Shown: piece by piece, positions 1 to 10,778 of the stretch | Layout: each line of letters opens with the position of its first letter | Position numbering within the stretch: the stretch's first letter is position 1 | DNA from: Octopus bimaculoides | Lineage: Eukaryota | Assembly: GCF_001194135.2 (NCBI RefSeq) | Contig: NC_069007.1 | Coordinates: 6,031,219-6,065,611 of the forward strand | Length of the DNA: 34,393 nucleotides | Reading direction: 5' to 3' | Notes under the pieces: generated by a model | The model's input: the letters and a program-made list of their open reading frames with translations, nothing else | Databases searched by the model: none | What the model was told of the DNA's origin: nothing | Made by a program: the position numbers and the translations under genes

Positions 1-270
1 GGGCTCCAGGAAGGGATGGTGGCAAACCCTGCTGTACTCTTTCACCACAACTTTCTCTCACTCTTACTTCCTGCTTCTGTTGTGCCTGTAATTCAAAAGG
101 GTCAGCCTTGTCACACTGTGTCACGCTAAATATCCCCGAGAACTACGTTAAGGGTACACGTGTCTGTGGAGTGCTCAGCTGCTTGCACGTTAATTTCACA
201 AGCAGGCTGTTTCGTTGATCGGATCAACTGGAACCCTTGACATCGTAAGCGACGGAGTGCCAACAACAAT
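1..270 (+). mobile_element. SINE family E (tRNA-headed, AAC tail), 3' part; head lies outside the window
   Basis: Near-identical to 24230-24495 (+) and to the reverse complement of 9321-9600; ends in gccaacaacaat. Confidence 0.85.
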
Positions 271-515
271 GTATGTATGTATACGCTTGTATATGAACAT
301 CCTGTTCTTTGTAGCCGTAGACAGTAGAGGCACAGACTTGTTTTCTGACACCAGACTCTGCTGACAATATATTACACAACACAAGCTATGTTATTGATGA
401 CGGAATTGTTTCAGAGACGTGTTTTATGTTGCTGTTATTGATTTTGTTATTTTCAATCAACACAACATGGAATGATGGAAATTTCACAGAACAGCACTTT
501 GACCTCAGGTATATA

Positions 516-571
<56 letters not shown>

Positions 572-1308
572 NNNNNNNNNNNNNNNNNNNNNNNNNNNNN
601 NNNNNNNNNNNNNNNNNNNNNNNNNNNNNNNNNNNNNNNNNNNNNNNNNNNNNNNNNNNNNNNNNNNNNNNNNNNNNNNNNNNNNNNNNNNNNNNNNNNN
701 NNNNNNNNNNNNNNNNNNNNNNNNNNNNNNNNNNNNNNNNNNNNNNNNNNNNNNNNNNNNNNNNNNNNNNNNNNNNNNNNNNNNNNNNNNNNNNNNNNNN
801 NNNNNNNNNNNNNNNNNNNNNNNNNNNNNNNNNNNNNNNNNNNNNNNNNNNNNNNNNNNNNNNNNNNNNNNNNNNNNNNNNNNNNNNNNNNNNNNNNNNN
901 NNNNNNNNNNNNNNNNNNNNNNNNNNNNNNNNNNNNNNNNNNNNNNNNNNNNNNNNNNNNNNNNNNNNNNNNNNNNNNNNNNNNNNNNNNNNNNNNNNNN
1001 NNNNNNNNNNNNNNNNNNNNNNNNNNNNNNNNNNNNNNNNNNNNNNNNNNNNNNNNNNNNNNNNNNNNNNNNNNNNNNNNNNNNNNNNNNNNNNNNNNNN
1101 NNNNNNNNNNNNNNNNNNNNNNNNNNNNNNNNNNNNNNNNNNNNNNNNNNNNNNNNNNNNNNNNNNNNNNNNNNNNNNNNNNNNNNNNNNNNNNNNNNNN
1201 NNNNNNNNNNNNNNNNNNNNNNNNNNNNNNNNNNNNNNNNNNNNNNNNNNNNNNNNNNNNNNNNNNNNNNNNNNNNNNNNNNNNNNNNNNNNNNNNNNNN
1301 NNNNNNNN

Positions 1309-1340
<32 letters not shown>

Positions 1341-1671
1341 AGGAGACAGTTTTCCACCCTGTGTGATATATACTCTAATCACAATTTCTCACATTTTATA
1401 GCACAAGTATTCTTTATGGTACATACGAGTACTTTAGCTAAAGTGTAATTTAATTTAATTGTCAGTGAGATTCTTTTATTCCATTTACAACTTGTTATTC
1501 TCTGTCTTAATTCTATAACCTATTAGATTTCTTTTACAAATGGGTAGAGTCCATTTTGGCTTTATTTATTTTATCTTTTACTTGTTTCATTCATTACACT
1601 ACAGCCATCCTGGAAAACCACTTCTATATATGTATATATATATATGTGTATCTATCTATCTATATATATAT

Positions 1672-1812
1672 GGGAGAATATACAAATAATAACAACAGAC
1701 GAGGACAGGTGGTGTAAATAACAAAAGTATATATTAGTTTAACGCTCGGGAATACGGAAAGTCNNNNNNNNNNATATTAGTTTAACGCTCGGGAATACGG
1801 AAAGTCTTTGAC
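1672..1812 (-). repeat. Dispersed repeat, probably Penelope pseudo-LTR-derived
   Basis: Reverse complement matches 31850-31945 (aaagactttc..ttcccgagcgttaaactaat..tttacaccacctgtcctcgtctgttgtt). The other copy carries a hammerhead-like core. Confidence 0.6.
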
Positions 1813-1826
1813 TTTCTATATATATA

Positions 1827-1872
<46 letters not shown>

Positions 1873-2113
1873 GTGTCTGGGTAGAGTCATTCTGGTTTAA
1901 TGCCTTATTAATTAACACACTCACGACTCAATTTCTATTCATTTGTTATTATCTTTTCCAAACATTTTCGTTGCTTCTTGCAAACTCTTCAATATTTGTT
2001 GACTCTATCCGTTGACTCTGTCCCTTATGCGTTCTTTTTGGTTGTCTGTGCGCATGTGTGTGCATGTGTATACATATATGTATGTAAGTATGTGTGTATT
2101 TGTTTGTCACAGT

Positions 2114-2764
2114 TTAATTTTGTAGAACTTCTAAATATACAATGTTTTCAGTGTGTCCTTTAACTGGTGTACAAAGAAAAATAGTTTTGGGACTTCCAAC
2201 TCGCGAATATCTTACATATAATTGCCCACGAGAGAAGCAAGGAGAAGCAAGGTTAAGTCCAACAACGTTGAGAGATTGTGCTTGAGATTTATTTATGGAC
2301 ATAGCAAAACTTTGTTTCACTTGGAACTGGAGGTCATAGGGGAGGTCAGATGGGATTAATGGGGTCCGTGGAATGAAGACATTGTCACCCTTATATTTCC
2401 CTAGAGAAAAGAATTTTGGAGGTAAGGACTCAACCGCTTGCTTCATTATCACAATTAAAAAGCGTTTATTTTTGCTTTAAAAAACAAAGAGGTGGGGTTG
2501 TAGACTTATGACGGAGAATTATTCAATATCTTGTTTGCTTCTGTCAGAATTGTTTACCTTTAAAAACAAGCTGACATATACGACAGGTATGTAAAACATA
2601 TTTCTGTTTTTGAAAAACAGTTTAAAATTCAGTGACCCCCACACCTTGAACCTTTCCTGATTCATGAAAAGCCTTCATGCCAAATTTGGTACAGATTGAT
2701 CCAAGAGTTTGGCCGTGCATAGAGGAAATGCACACGCACGCACGCACACACACGCACACACACG

Positions 2765-2802
<38 letters not shown>

Positions 2803-2835
2803 CAAAGACACATACAGACAATGAATTTTATTGAA
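2114..2835 (-). mobile_element. Internally deleted Helitron: 5' module with microsatellite plus C-terminus of the RepHel PIF1-like helicase
   Basis: ORF 2114-2452 reads VFIPRTPLIPSDLP..FAMSINKSQAQSLNVVGLNLASPCFSRGQLYVRYSRVGSP..ENIVYLEVL, matching Helitron helicase motifs V/VI (TINKSQGQ, HGQLYVAxSRV). The upstream minus-strand module has (TG)n followed by aaatttggcatg. Confidence 0.85.
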
Positions 2836-3269
2836 ACCGTGCTTACACAGAGCAGGTAGAAACAAAAGGTATACTACTCTAACAATGGATGAATTAATGT
2901 AGGTCACTCATTAAGATTAAGAATGAAGTGGAGAACACATAAATCTGTGTTACTCCTTGACAGAACAATAGGCTGTATGGCTAGGAGGAACTTGTAGATT
3001 CAATTTCAAATCTGAGGTTGGACCAATATCCAAGTAGAAATAGTCACATCAGATTTAAATATGAAATATCGAGTGTACTCTAGCTATGATTTTATTAGGA
3101 CCATTTCATGAACAATTATTTGAATAACTCATGTCAATATCTCTAACTTATGTCACGGGATATTGAACTTTAAATTTTATAAAGTTTATCGCATAAATTG
3201 AAAAATATCCTACAGTGCGTGTGTCCGTATGAAGACATTTTGTTATTTAAAAAACCTTACTGTTTCTTT

Positions 3270-3650
3270 TTCTTTAAACCTCTTGTTTCATTATCACAAT
3301 TAAAAAGCGTTTCACAATCGTTTACCTTTAAAGTGAAAGAAAAAAAAACTGACGTAATTTCCAGACAGCCAAATTTGGTACAGATTGATTCAGCAGTTTG
3401 GCCATGCATAGAAGAAAGAAACAAACACACACACACACAGTAAGAATAAACGTGAAACAATCATTGAAATATGTTTCACTTATGAAAAGTGAAAGAATAA
3501 AAGTGGGGCTACAGCTCCCTATATGGGCAATGGCCAAAATTTGCGCCCTCCCTCTACAATCTTCCCCGAGTAATGAAAATCCTTTATGCCAAATTTAGTA
3601 CAGATTGAACCAGCTGTTTGGCCGTGCATAGAGGAAATACACAGTGAATT
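3270..3650 (-). mobile_element. Two further degenerate copies of the Helitron 5' module
   Basis: gccaaattt(g/a)gtacagattga..gtttggcc(g/a)tgcataga recurs at about 2679, 3369 and 3588; ttcattatcacaattaaaaagcgttt is shared by about 2443 and 3285. Confidence 0.65.
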
Positions 3651-4319
3651 ATATATATATATATATATATATTTTTATGGATTTCATTAAACCCTCCTAC
3701 CCTCTTGGGCCTCGTAGACCATAATAAACTGCAATGAATATCAATAAAGAGGAGCTTTCCTTTCACTGTCTATCATACATTTCTTCTAATGATAGCATGC
3801 CCGGTTTATAAAGTCTTCAATCAGTACAATGATCCAATGGCTAGGATATCCCAGAAACAGCTGTCAAACACTATCTCTACCTTCTTTACCAGTTCTGTAT
3901 CGTTTTACTATTTTTAGATTGAATTAAATGAATTTGAATTTCATAGTCATACTTTGATTAATTGTTTGTCTTCCCCACTATTTTAACCGATACCTGCTGA
4001 TTCGAAAGTAAGATACCAACTGTCAGTTTTTTCCGAACAAGACATTCATACAATCACAACTCCAGTCACTGTTCTAACTGGAATTTTGGTGGACTACTTT
4101 TCGAAGTATTCAGAACGCATACATATTAGTTTGGGTTACCTTAACCTCAACTTCTCATAACCTGTATACATATTTTTACATGTATCTATATATGAGAACA
4201 TTTCGTGGACAAACTTATAAACACTGCAAGTATCATAAGGCTGTGAGGACAGTTTAGAAAATCAGGTAAACACCCTTTAAAAAAAATGGAGAAAAAGTGT
4301 CCTGCAAACCTCCAATCAT

Positions 4320-4381
4320 AATCGAATCCTGCACATCTCAAATTGCAGCTAAGCGCTCCGAACCATTAAGCTAAGAGACCC
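4320..4381 (-). repeat. tRNA-like head (probable SINE head), Cys(GCA)-like anticodon loop
   Basis: Minus strand GGGTCTCTTAGCTTAATGGTTCGGAGCGCTTAGCTGCAATTTGAGATGTGCAGGATTCGATT has A-box-like and B-box-like motifs and CTGCAAT; no complete acceptor stem. Confidence 0.45.
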
Positions 4382-5038
4382 ATGACAACAGATACCGCCT
4401 TTTTTATAATGCTAAATGATAGCTTTTGGAATGTGAGACCATTTTGAACACGGAGTTATAAGAGCTGAGTGTGTCAGTATTCTATAGAAAATAAAGGAAT
4501 TCACAAATGCATGAAGGCTGTAAGGACAGCCGATATGCAAATTATGCACGAATTATGAAATGGAAGCAATAAAAAGATTGATAAATAGAATTATGAGCAT
4601 TCACCGTATATTGACTTTAAAAATAGCTTAATATTAAGGCACGCAAACCCTGTTACAGGGCAAATAGGCATTTGTGCACGTTACAGTGTTTGTATATCAT
4701 GATATGCCGGAATATTCGACTATTTTCTATAGACTGCAAAAGCTTATAATTCTATTTACGAAATTCTCGTCGCACCATTGCCTAATTCATGCAGAATTCA
4801 CACGTTTACATATTTACTGCTATGAAATCATAGTTCCTAATTTTAACGGAGAGCATCTTGGTGTAGTTGGTCGGCAATATTATTGCAAAAATAAGAGATG
4901 GGAGTTCAATTCCTATGTGCATTAATCCCCATATTTTTTCTGTTACGTCCGTTTCATTGCCCTAATATTAAACTCTTCTCTATAGTCAATATACGGTGAA
5001 GGTTTATAACTTTATTTACAATATTTATCTTTTACTTA

Positions 5039-5259
5039 TGGCAGCATGCTGGCAGAATGGTTAGCACGCTGGGCGAAATGCTTAGCAGTTTTTCGTCTGT
5101 CTTTACGTTCTGAGTTCGAATTCCACCAAGGTCAACTTTACCTTTCATACTTTCGGTGTCAATAAATTAAGTACCAGTTGTGTACTGAGGTCGATCTAAT
5201 CGACTGACCCCCACCTCTCCAAAAACTTTGGGCCTTGTGCGTAGAGTAGAAGAGAATTA
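5039..5259 (+). mobile_element. SINE family B (tRNA-derived head)
   Basis: tggcagaatggttagc (A box), gagttcgaattcc (B box); its 3' part (gataaattaagtaccagt..gtagaa..gaattat) recurs at 19138-19240 and as tail fragments at 5372-5452 (+) and about 17619-17680 (-). Confidence 0.75.
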
Positions 5260-5749
5260 TCTTTTGTTTCGGTTATTAGACTGCAGTCATTCTGAGGCAC
5301 TGCCTTGATGAGGTTTTAGTCAAACGAATCAACCATAATCCTTTTTTTTTACCCCCTCTCGGTATATATACCACTTGAACACTGGACTCGATGTAATCGA
5401 CTTACCTCCAACCTTGAAGTTGCTGTCTTGTGCCAAAATTTGAAATCAATTTTAATAATCCAGGTACTGGTTCAATTCCAGGCAAACATAGCCTTTGTGG
5501 CAAACTGGAAGAAATAATAAGTGAAGAGGTTGCGAATAGGGACAAAAAAACTTTGACAAATTAGAAAGAAAAAACAAAGAATGATCGATTGTTTAACAAA
5601 CAAGTTAAACAAAGGATCGATTAGTTACTTGGATAGACTTTAACCAATAATAAAGAAGTGTCAAGTAAAACAAATGTGAAATAAGCAGAAGAGGAATCAA
5701 GTGTGTACTAAAAAACGGTACAAACAGGACACAAATCAGGAAACAAACT

Positions 5750-6252
5750 CGTTTTGCATGTAGAGGTCTACACCTGAGAAAAAACTGCCCATTTAAGAAA
5801 GTGGGATGTTTCTGTTGTAAATAATTTTGACACGTAAAAGCGTACTGTAAAACCAGGATGACAAAACGTTGGAAGAAAGAAAAAAGAGTAAACAAGATGT
5901 TATCAAAAGAAAATGGCAAAGTGACAAAGAGGAAATTCGTAAATGTGAAAACTGAAAATATAAGGGTAAAAATGCATTTAGATACTGGAAGTGATATTAC
6001 CATTGTGAATGAAGAAACTTGGAGGTATATCGATAAGCCAAAATTATCTACAAAAGTAGCACACGGGATCATGGGTAAAAGATTATATTTTGTTAGTGAA
6101 TTTGTGTGTAATGCAACAATTTGGGATCAAATGAAAATGGCAAAAGTATATGTGCTGAAAAATACAAAAAGGGAGAAATATTGGACAGAAAGAAAAAAAA
6201 TGATAAAACAAATTTCGTTTCCTACGGAAATCGAAATCGCAAAAAGGGGAGA
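5750..6252 (+). pseudogene. Ty3/Gypsy (Mag-like) gag zinc knuckles and aspartic protease remnant, ending in a polypurine tract
   Basis: In frame with ORF 5858: RFACRGLHLRKNCPFKKVGCFCCK*F*HVKAYC (two decayed CCHC knuckles), then MHLDTGSDITIV (retropepsin DTG). PPT AAAAAGGGGAGA at 6241-6252 is followed by TGTTG. No RT/RNase H. Confidence 0.8.
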
Positions 6253-6310
6253 TGTTGTGGTGAGAGTCAGGACACCTCCTGCGATAAAAGACTTGACCGA
6301 ACAACTCTAA
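6253..6310 (+). mobile_element. Start of a Gypsy LTR (right boundary uncertain)
   Basis: TGTTGTGG directly after the PPT; weak similarity to the LTR start at 10522 (tgtt(g/a)tgg..agg(a)acacctc). Confidence 0.45.
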
Positions 6311-6517
6311 ACAGTAGCGGTCTGAGTGAGAGAGGGGAGTAGGCGTCAATGGCAGGTGGTTTGGGTTGTTCATAACGGAGTGTTTTTGTCGGAAGTTATA
6401 GTGTTGAATATTTGTTTCATTGATTGTTACTGTTCGAATTATTGCTGTCGTTATTGTGAATTGTTGTTTTTTTCTCCTATTGGGGGAAAAATTTAGAAAA
6501 CGCCAGCAGGTGGTCAC

Positions 6518-6965
6518 AGTTATGCGGCTGCAACTGGAAAAGGGATAGAAGCAGTAACGCCACTGGAAATCCGTGAAATAAATGTGGAACCAAGAAAAAT
6601 GAAGGAATGCGAGACATTGCTGGAAAAAGACGGAGATACATTGAAGTTAACGCCACCGGCAGAATTGACAAACAATGTAATGAAAGGGACAGTAATATTC
6701 AAGACGATGAAGATAACTTTCTTTTATTAGCCACACAGGGCTGCACACAGAGGGGAGAAATACAACTGTAGAGCTTTCCTTTAAAAAAAAAAAATCCGAA
6801 CAAAAGGGATCGGTAGGGGCAAAAGAAAAAAAAGGGGGGGACCGTATATCACAGAAAATGTCAATAGTGTAAAATGGGGTAACATTAGGTTTATCCACGG
6901 AGAGAAAAGCTTACGGAAAAGGCCACGGTAACCTCACCAGGGAATAGACACATGAGAGCAAGGTG
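6518..6965 (+). pseudogene. L1/Tx1-like ORF1 fragment (N-terminus plus knuckle relic)
   Basis: SYAAATGKGIEAVTPLEIREINVEP.. from 6518. ggaatagacacatgagagcaaggtgc (HMRARC) near 6940 resembles the knuckle of the copies at about 7760 and 8600. Confidence 0.45.
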
Positions 6966-7036
6966 CTCTCTCTCTCTCTCTCACTCTCTNNNNNNNNNNC
7001 TCTCTCACTCTCTCTCTCTCTTTTATTTTTCTCGAT

Positions 7037-7290
7037 TTATAGGATCATGCTCAAAGAAGTGTCGTCACTCGTATGCACCATCTTTGCTACATTCACCCAC
7101 CTTTTAATGAAACTTTCACGAGACAAAACCTGCCTCACTATTCTCACCTTCCTTTTCAAGTGATACTTGAAAAACCTGATGAGCGATTGGCCAGAGAGGT
7201 AGGTTTTCGTCTCTAATCCTTTCGCTCGGGTCCACCACACACATTCTTTCACCATGGCCACCAGTATGATGAACACTGCCTTGCCTTCCC
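7037..7290 (-). pseudogene. 3' end of an L1/Tx1-clade ORF2
   Basis: FIILVAMVKECVWWTRAKGLETKTYLSGQSLIRFFKYHLKRKVRIVRQVLSRESFIKRW resembles the Tx1 ORF2 C-terminal helical region. The stop is followed by gagaaaaataaaa and (GA)n. Confidence 0.6.
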
Positions 7291-7292
7291 TG

Positions 7293-8460
7293 TTGAGGGA
7301 CGGTGGCGGAGCAATTTGCAGCGACAGTGGAGGCGATTGAAGAGTGTTTAAAAAGTATTAAAAAACTAACGACATTCATAACAAAAGGAAGGAAGTACGC
7401 CACCGTGCGCTTTGTGACAGAGGAGGAGGCAATTAAGCACTCCACGGAGGTAATACGATCGGAGGAGTGGATGTTTTTGCCATCGTACTGTGGCAAACAT
7501 GTGGCTAGAGTGCGAGTTGGCAAAGTACCCCCAGAACTGAAAGAAACATGGTTGATGACAGCCATAATGTTTAACATGAAGGAGGCCGAGATACTCTGAA
7601 GGCCACAAGGACACAAAAAATAAACTACTGGGGATACGAGATTGAGCTGACAGTCCAAGCAACAATAGAGGACTTAAACCGAATTGTCGAGGAGATAGTG
7701 CTGCCCGATGACTTGAGATTGAGAGTAGTGGTTGAAGGTAAGCCGCCTATATGTTTTACATGTGAGTGAAAAGGTCACATGAGGGCGAGGTTCCCACAGA
7801 GAGAATAGACGGAGAAGCAGGAGAGTACGGACCAGGTGGTACAGGTGGAGATGAAGGAAAAAACAACGAAGGAGGAATACACGGTGGTGAAAAAAAGAAA
7901 GAGAAGTGGAAGAGTGAGCCCTCCGCCAGAGAACCAGAAAAAGAAGTGGAAATGGAAGTTGTGACCAGAAGGAAGGAAGACAAAACGGTGGTGGAGAAAG
8001 AAAGTGAAAAAGTGTTCGAGAAGGAGTTACAGAAGGAGGAAACAGTGTTGAAGACGCCGGTTATTTTAACGGAAGAAAGAGATTCAAGAGTGCAACTGTA
8101 CGAGGGTGAAATAGAGAGATTGTTCAGAGTGGAGAAAGAAGAGGAAAAGGTACCGAAAGTGGAGCAGGAAAAGTGAAAACCAAGAGGAGGAAAAAAAATC
8201 GATGGAATTTCGTAACGTATGCGAAAAGCAAAGAAATGGAAAGGAAAATTTTTAAATTTAAGCATATCATAAGAGTGAAGTTACCCACGGATAATGTATT
8301 CTGAAAATGTGAAGGCCATCAGGGTCGACAAAGATATTTACAAGAGACTAAGAGACATGTGCGGAAGCGAGATTGACCCGCCTGGAGTGTTGGTGGAGTT
8401 CGACGATTTGCCACCAGTTATAGAGCTGAAAGACTTGGAGCCTTTCAAAGGGAAAAAAAA
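7293..8460 (+). pseudogene. L1/Tx1-like ORF1 copy A (RRM-like region, CCHC knuckle, charged region, C-terminal domain); frameshifted
   Basis: KYATVRFVTEEEAIKHS..ARVRVGKVPPELKETW; after a shift near 7595, LPDDLRLRVVVEGKPPICFTCE*KGHMRAR; C-terminal RLRDMCGSEIDPPGVLVEFDDLPPVIELKDL. Confidence 0.75.
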
Positions 8461-8499
8461 AAAAATTGTTTTGTTGAAAAGAAAAAGGGAAAAAAAAGT

Positions 8500-9830
8500 T
8501 CTGGTCCATATTCGCCTGCCAGACCTTCATAAAATAGCAGAGGAGCTGGTGCTTGCGGATGACACGAGACTGCGAATCGTTGTGGAGAGGAGACCTCCGG
8601 TATGCTACGCATGTGGAATAAGGGGACACATGAAAGCAAAGTGTCCCCTGAAAAGCGAGCGGGAGGAGGCGGAGAAGGAGAGTCGGGAAGAAGAGATTGC
8701 AACTGCAGAAGAGGAAATGGAGAAGTATACAGTAGTAGAAAGAAAAAGAAAGAACATGGAATCCCCACTTAAAAAGAAAAGAAAGGGATGGAAAAAGAAA
8801 AAAAAATGAGGAACCAACGGAAGAACGAACGCAAAGACCGGAGCCTTTAACTAGTAAGGAGGAAGAAAGACGGAAGAAGAGACTTAAAAGTGAGAAGGAG
8901 GAAGAAACAGAGACGAAAACCCGAGAAGAGCCACTGAAGGGGAAACACGAAAGAGTGATGGTTTGTTACAGAAAGAGTGCGGAAATAGAGAAGAGAATTT
9001 CCAAAATGAAAAGCATTTTAAGGATCAAACTGGCCGACAAGGAGGAGAACCAAAATGAGAAAGCGGAGTTGTTGGAGGATGATAGAGCAAGAAGGTTGAA
9101 AGAAATATTTGGAGACAGAATAGAGAATACAGCACCTCGATTTCGGTACGACAAGTTGCCATCGGTGGTGGCGTTCGAGGATTTAATGGATTTTATGGTG
9201 TGACATTGCGAACACGATGCAAACTGATAAATTATTACTTTATTTTAAAAAACAGTAAAATAGAATTACCTACGTTGGGGGTAGGAAAGCCATTCCTTTC
9301 TCATTACTTTCATATTCATATGTTGTTGTTGTTGGCACTCCGTCGCTTACGATGTCGAGGGTTCCAGTTGATCCGGTCAACGGAACAGCCTGCTCGTGAA
9401 ATTACCGTGCAAGTGGCTGAGCACTCCACAGACACGTGTACCCTTAACGTAGTTCTCGGGGATATTCAGCGTGACACAAAGTGTGACAAGGCTGACCCTT
9501 TGAATTACAGGCACAACCGAAACAGGAAGAAAGAGTGAGAGAAAGTTGTGGTGGAAGAGTACAGCAGAGTTTGCCACCATCCCCTGCCGGAGGGAGCCTC
9601 TTGGAGCTTTTAGGTGTTTTCGCTGAATAAACACTCACAATGCCTGGTCTGGGAATCGAAACCGCGATCCCATGACCGCGAGTCCGCTACCCTAACCACT
9701 GGGCCATTGTGCATCCACATTTTTCATATTCTTAATTCATTTGTTATATGTTTGCATGTACTCTATGTATTGTTTTGTCTGTCCTTTTGGTGTCCCCTCT
9801 TTATAATGGCCATGTACCCAAATAAAAGAA
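8500..9830 (+). mobile_element. L1/Tx1-like ORF1 copy B (5'-truncated) with 3' UTR and AATAAA, no ORF2; interrupted by a SINE
   Basis: LADDTRLRIVVERRPPVCYACGIRGHMKAKCP (intact CX2CX4HX4C). C-terminal segment 8955-9203 is homologous to that of copy A. After removing the SINE, about 220 bp of non-coding sequence lead to AATAAA at 9821-9826. Confidence 0.7.
9321..9720 (-). mobile_element. SINE family E, full length, with target-site duplication
   Basis: tRNA-like head (tggcccagtggttagg..ggtttcgattccc) and (AAC)n tail; TSD tttcatattc at 9308-9317 and 9722-9731. Confidence 0.88.
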
Positions 9831-9839
9831 ATTAGTAGG

Positions 9840-10680
9840 TGTTAATCGCAGGAAGTCGTAACGTGTCGCTTTGATAGTTTGTCGGAATATCGTTTGTTGT
9901 TTCGTGTATCGTGGAGACTTTGTTGGATTGTTACGTTCTTGTTACTTTGCTTCGTTACATGTTTTATTGTTACTAGATAGTTATTGTGTAAACAAGTATT
10001 GTCTTAAATAGTAGTGATACTACAATAATTGGCGACAAGTAACTATATTACAATAGTAAGAAAATAAAAAATTGCAATAGATAATACAGCAAGATGTTTC
10101 TAAATTGGTGAAAATATATCTGTGTGGGCATACAAGAATGGAAAACAAAATTGGGAAGACGGCGTGGTTACCAAACGCATATGAAAAATGCTTAACTGGA
10201 TAAAAGGAAGCAAATGGGTATAAAAACAACAAAGATTTTTCAGATCGAACCCAAGAGAATGGAAGAACCAACGGAATGGTTATATGATACTTTTCAAGTA
10301 CCAACTCCACTACAATTAATTGGATCCAGACGCACAAGCGAAAGAAAAAGAAAATGTACGGAGTTCCTGGAAGTGGACGCCAAACGAAAAAATATTCAAT
10401 TTGTAATTGTGTGGGAAAAAAACCCCAAAAAAAACTCAGAAAAGGGAGGTGGGTGATGTAAAAATTATTGTTAATAAAAAGAAATAAAATTACACTCCCT
10501 AAGAAAAAATTTAATGGGAGATGTTATGGGGATAATAATAATAAAGGAACACCTCACCCACGTGATGAGTGGTATGTGATAGTCGTTGCAAATACTGTGA
10601 TGTAAGAAGTCGAGAGGTTGGCGAAGTCGGTCATAGATAGTCGTATCTTACTTGTCTAGGTATACTGCTATGCCAGAGTG
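9840..10680 (+). mobile_element. Heavily deleted Mag-like Gypsy remnant: LTR end, PBS, integrase C-terminal tail, PPT, LTR start
   Basis: ..tactACA at 10025 then ataatTGGCGACAAG (PBS-like); RCF*IGENISVWAYKNGKQNWEDGVVTKRI (Gypsy integrase C-terminal motif); GSRRTSERKRK..LEVDAKRK (pol end); purine tracts at about 10438-10453 and 10513-10521 are each followed by TG. Confidence 0.7.
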
Positions 10681-10778
10681 GACGGAACAAGACACAAAGA
10701 AAAACACACACACTGAAAAATGCATGCACACACACACGTGTGTGTGTACGGATGTATATATATATATATATATATATA

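Noticed and set aside
321-508. 62-codon plus frame with a hydrophobic stretch (MLLLLILLFSINTTW) ending at cag|gtatat
   Set aside because: No recognisable homology and ambiguous acceptor; cannot be supported as an exon.
426-1448. Long ORFs spanning N-gaps (also about 14.3-14.7, 17.7-18.2, 19.3-20.1, 22.3-23.5 and 25.5-26.1 kb)
   Set aside because: They are open only because N runs and CA/TA microsatellites contain no stops in that frame.
1731-1806. 33-bp direct duplication either side of a 10-N gap
   Set aside because: Pattern of an unmerged contig overlap; most likely an assembly artefact.
2548-2586. 39-nt phase-symmetric exon-like segment with good splice signals
   Set aside because: It lies inside the Helitron-derived repeat, and part of it recurs at about 3320.
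7116-8817. Minus-strand hydrophobic and Ser/Phe-rich ORFs
   Set aside because: Antisense shadows of the purine-rich ORF1 sequence.
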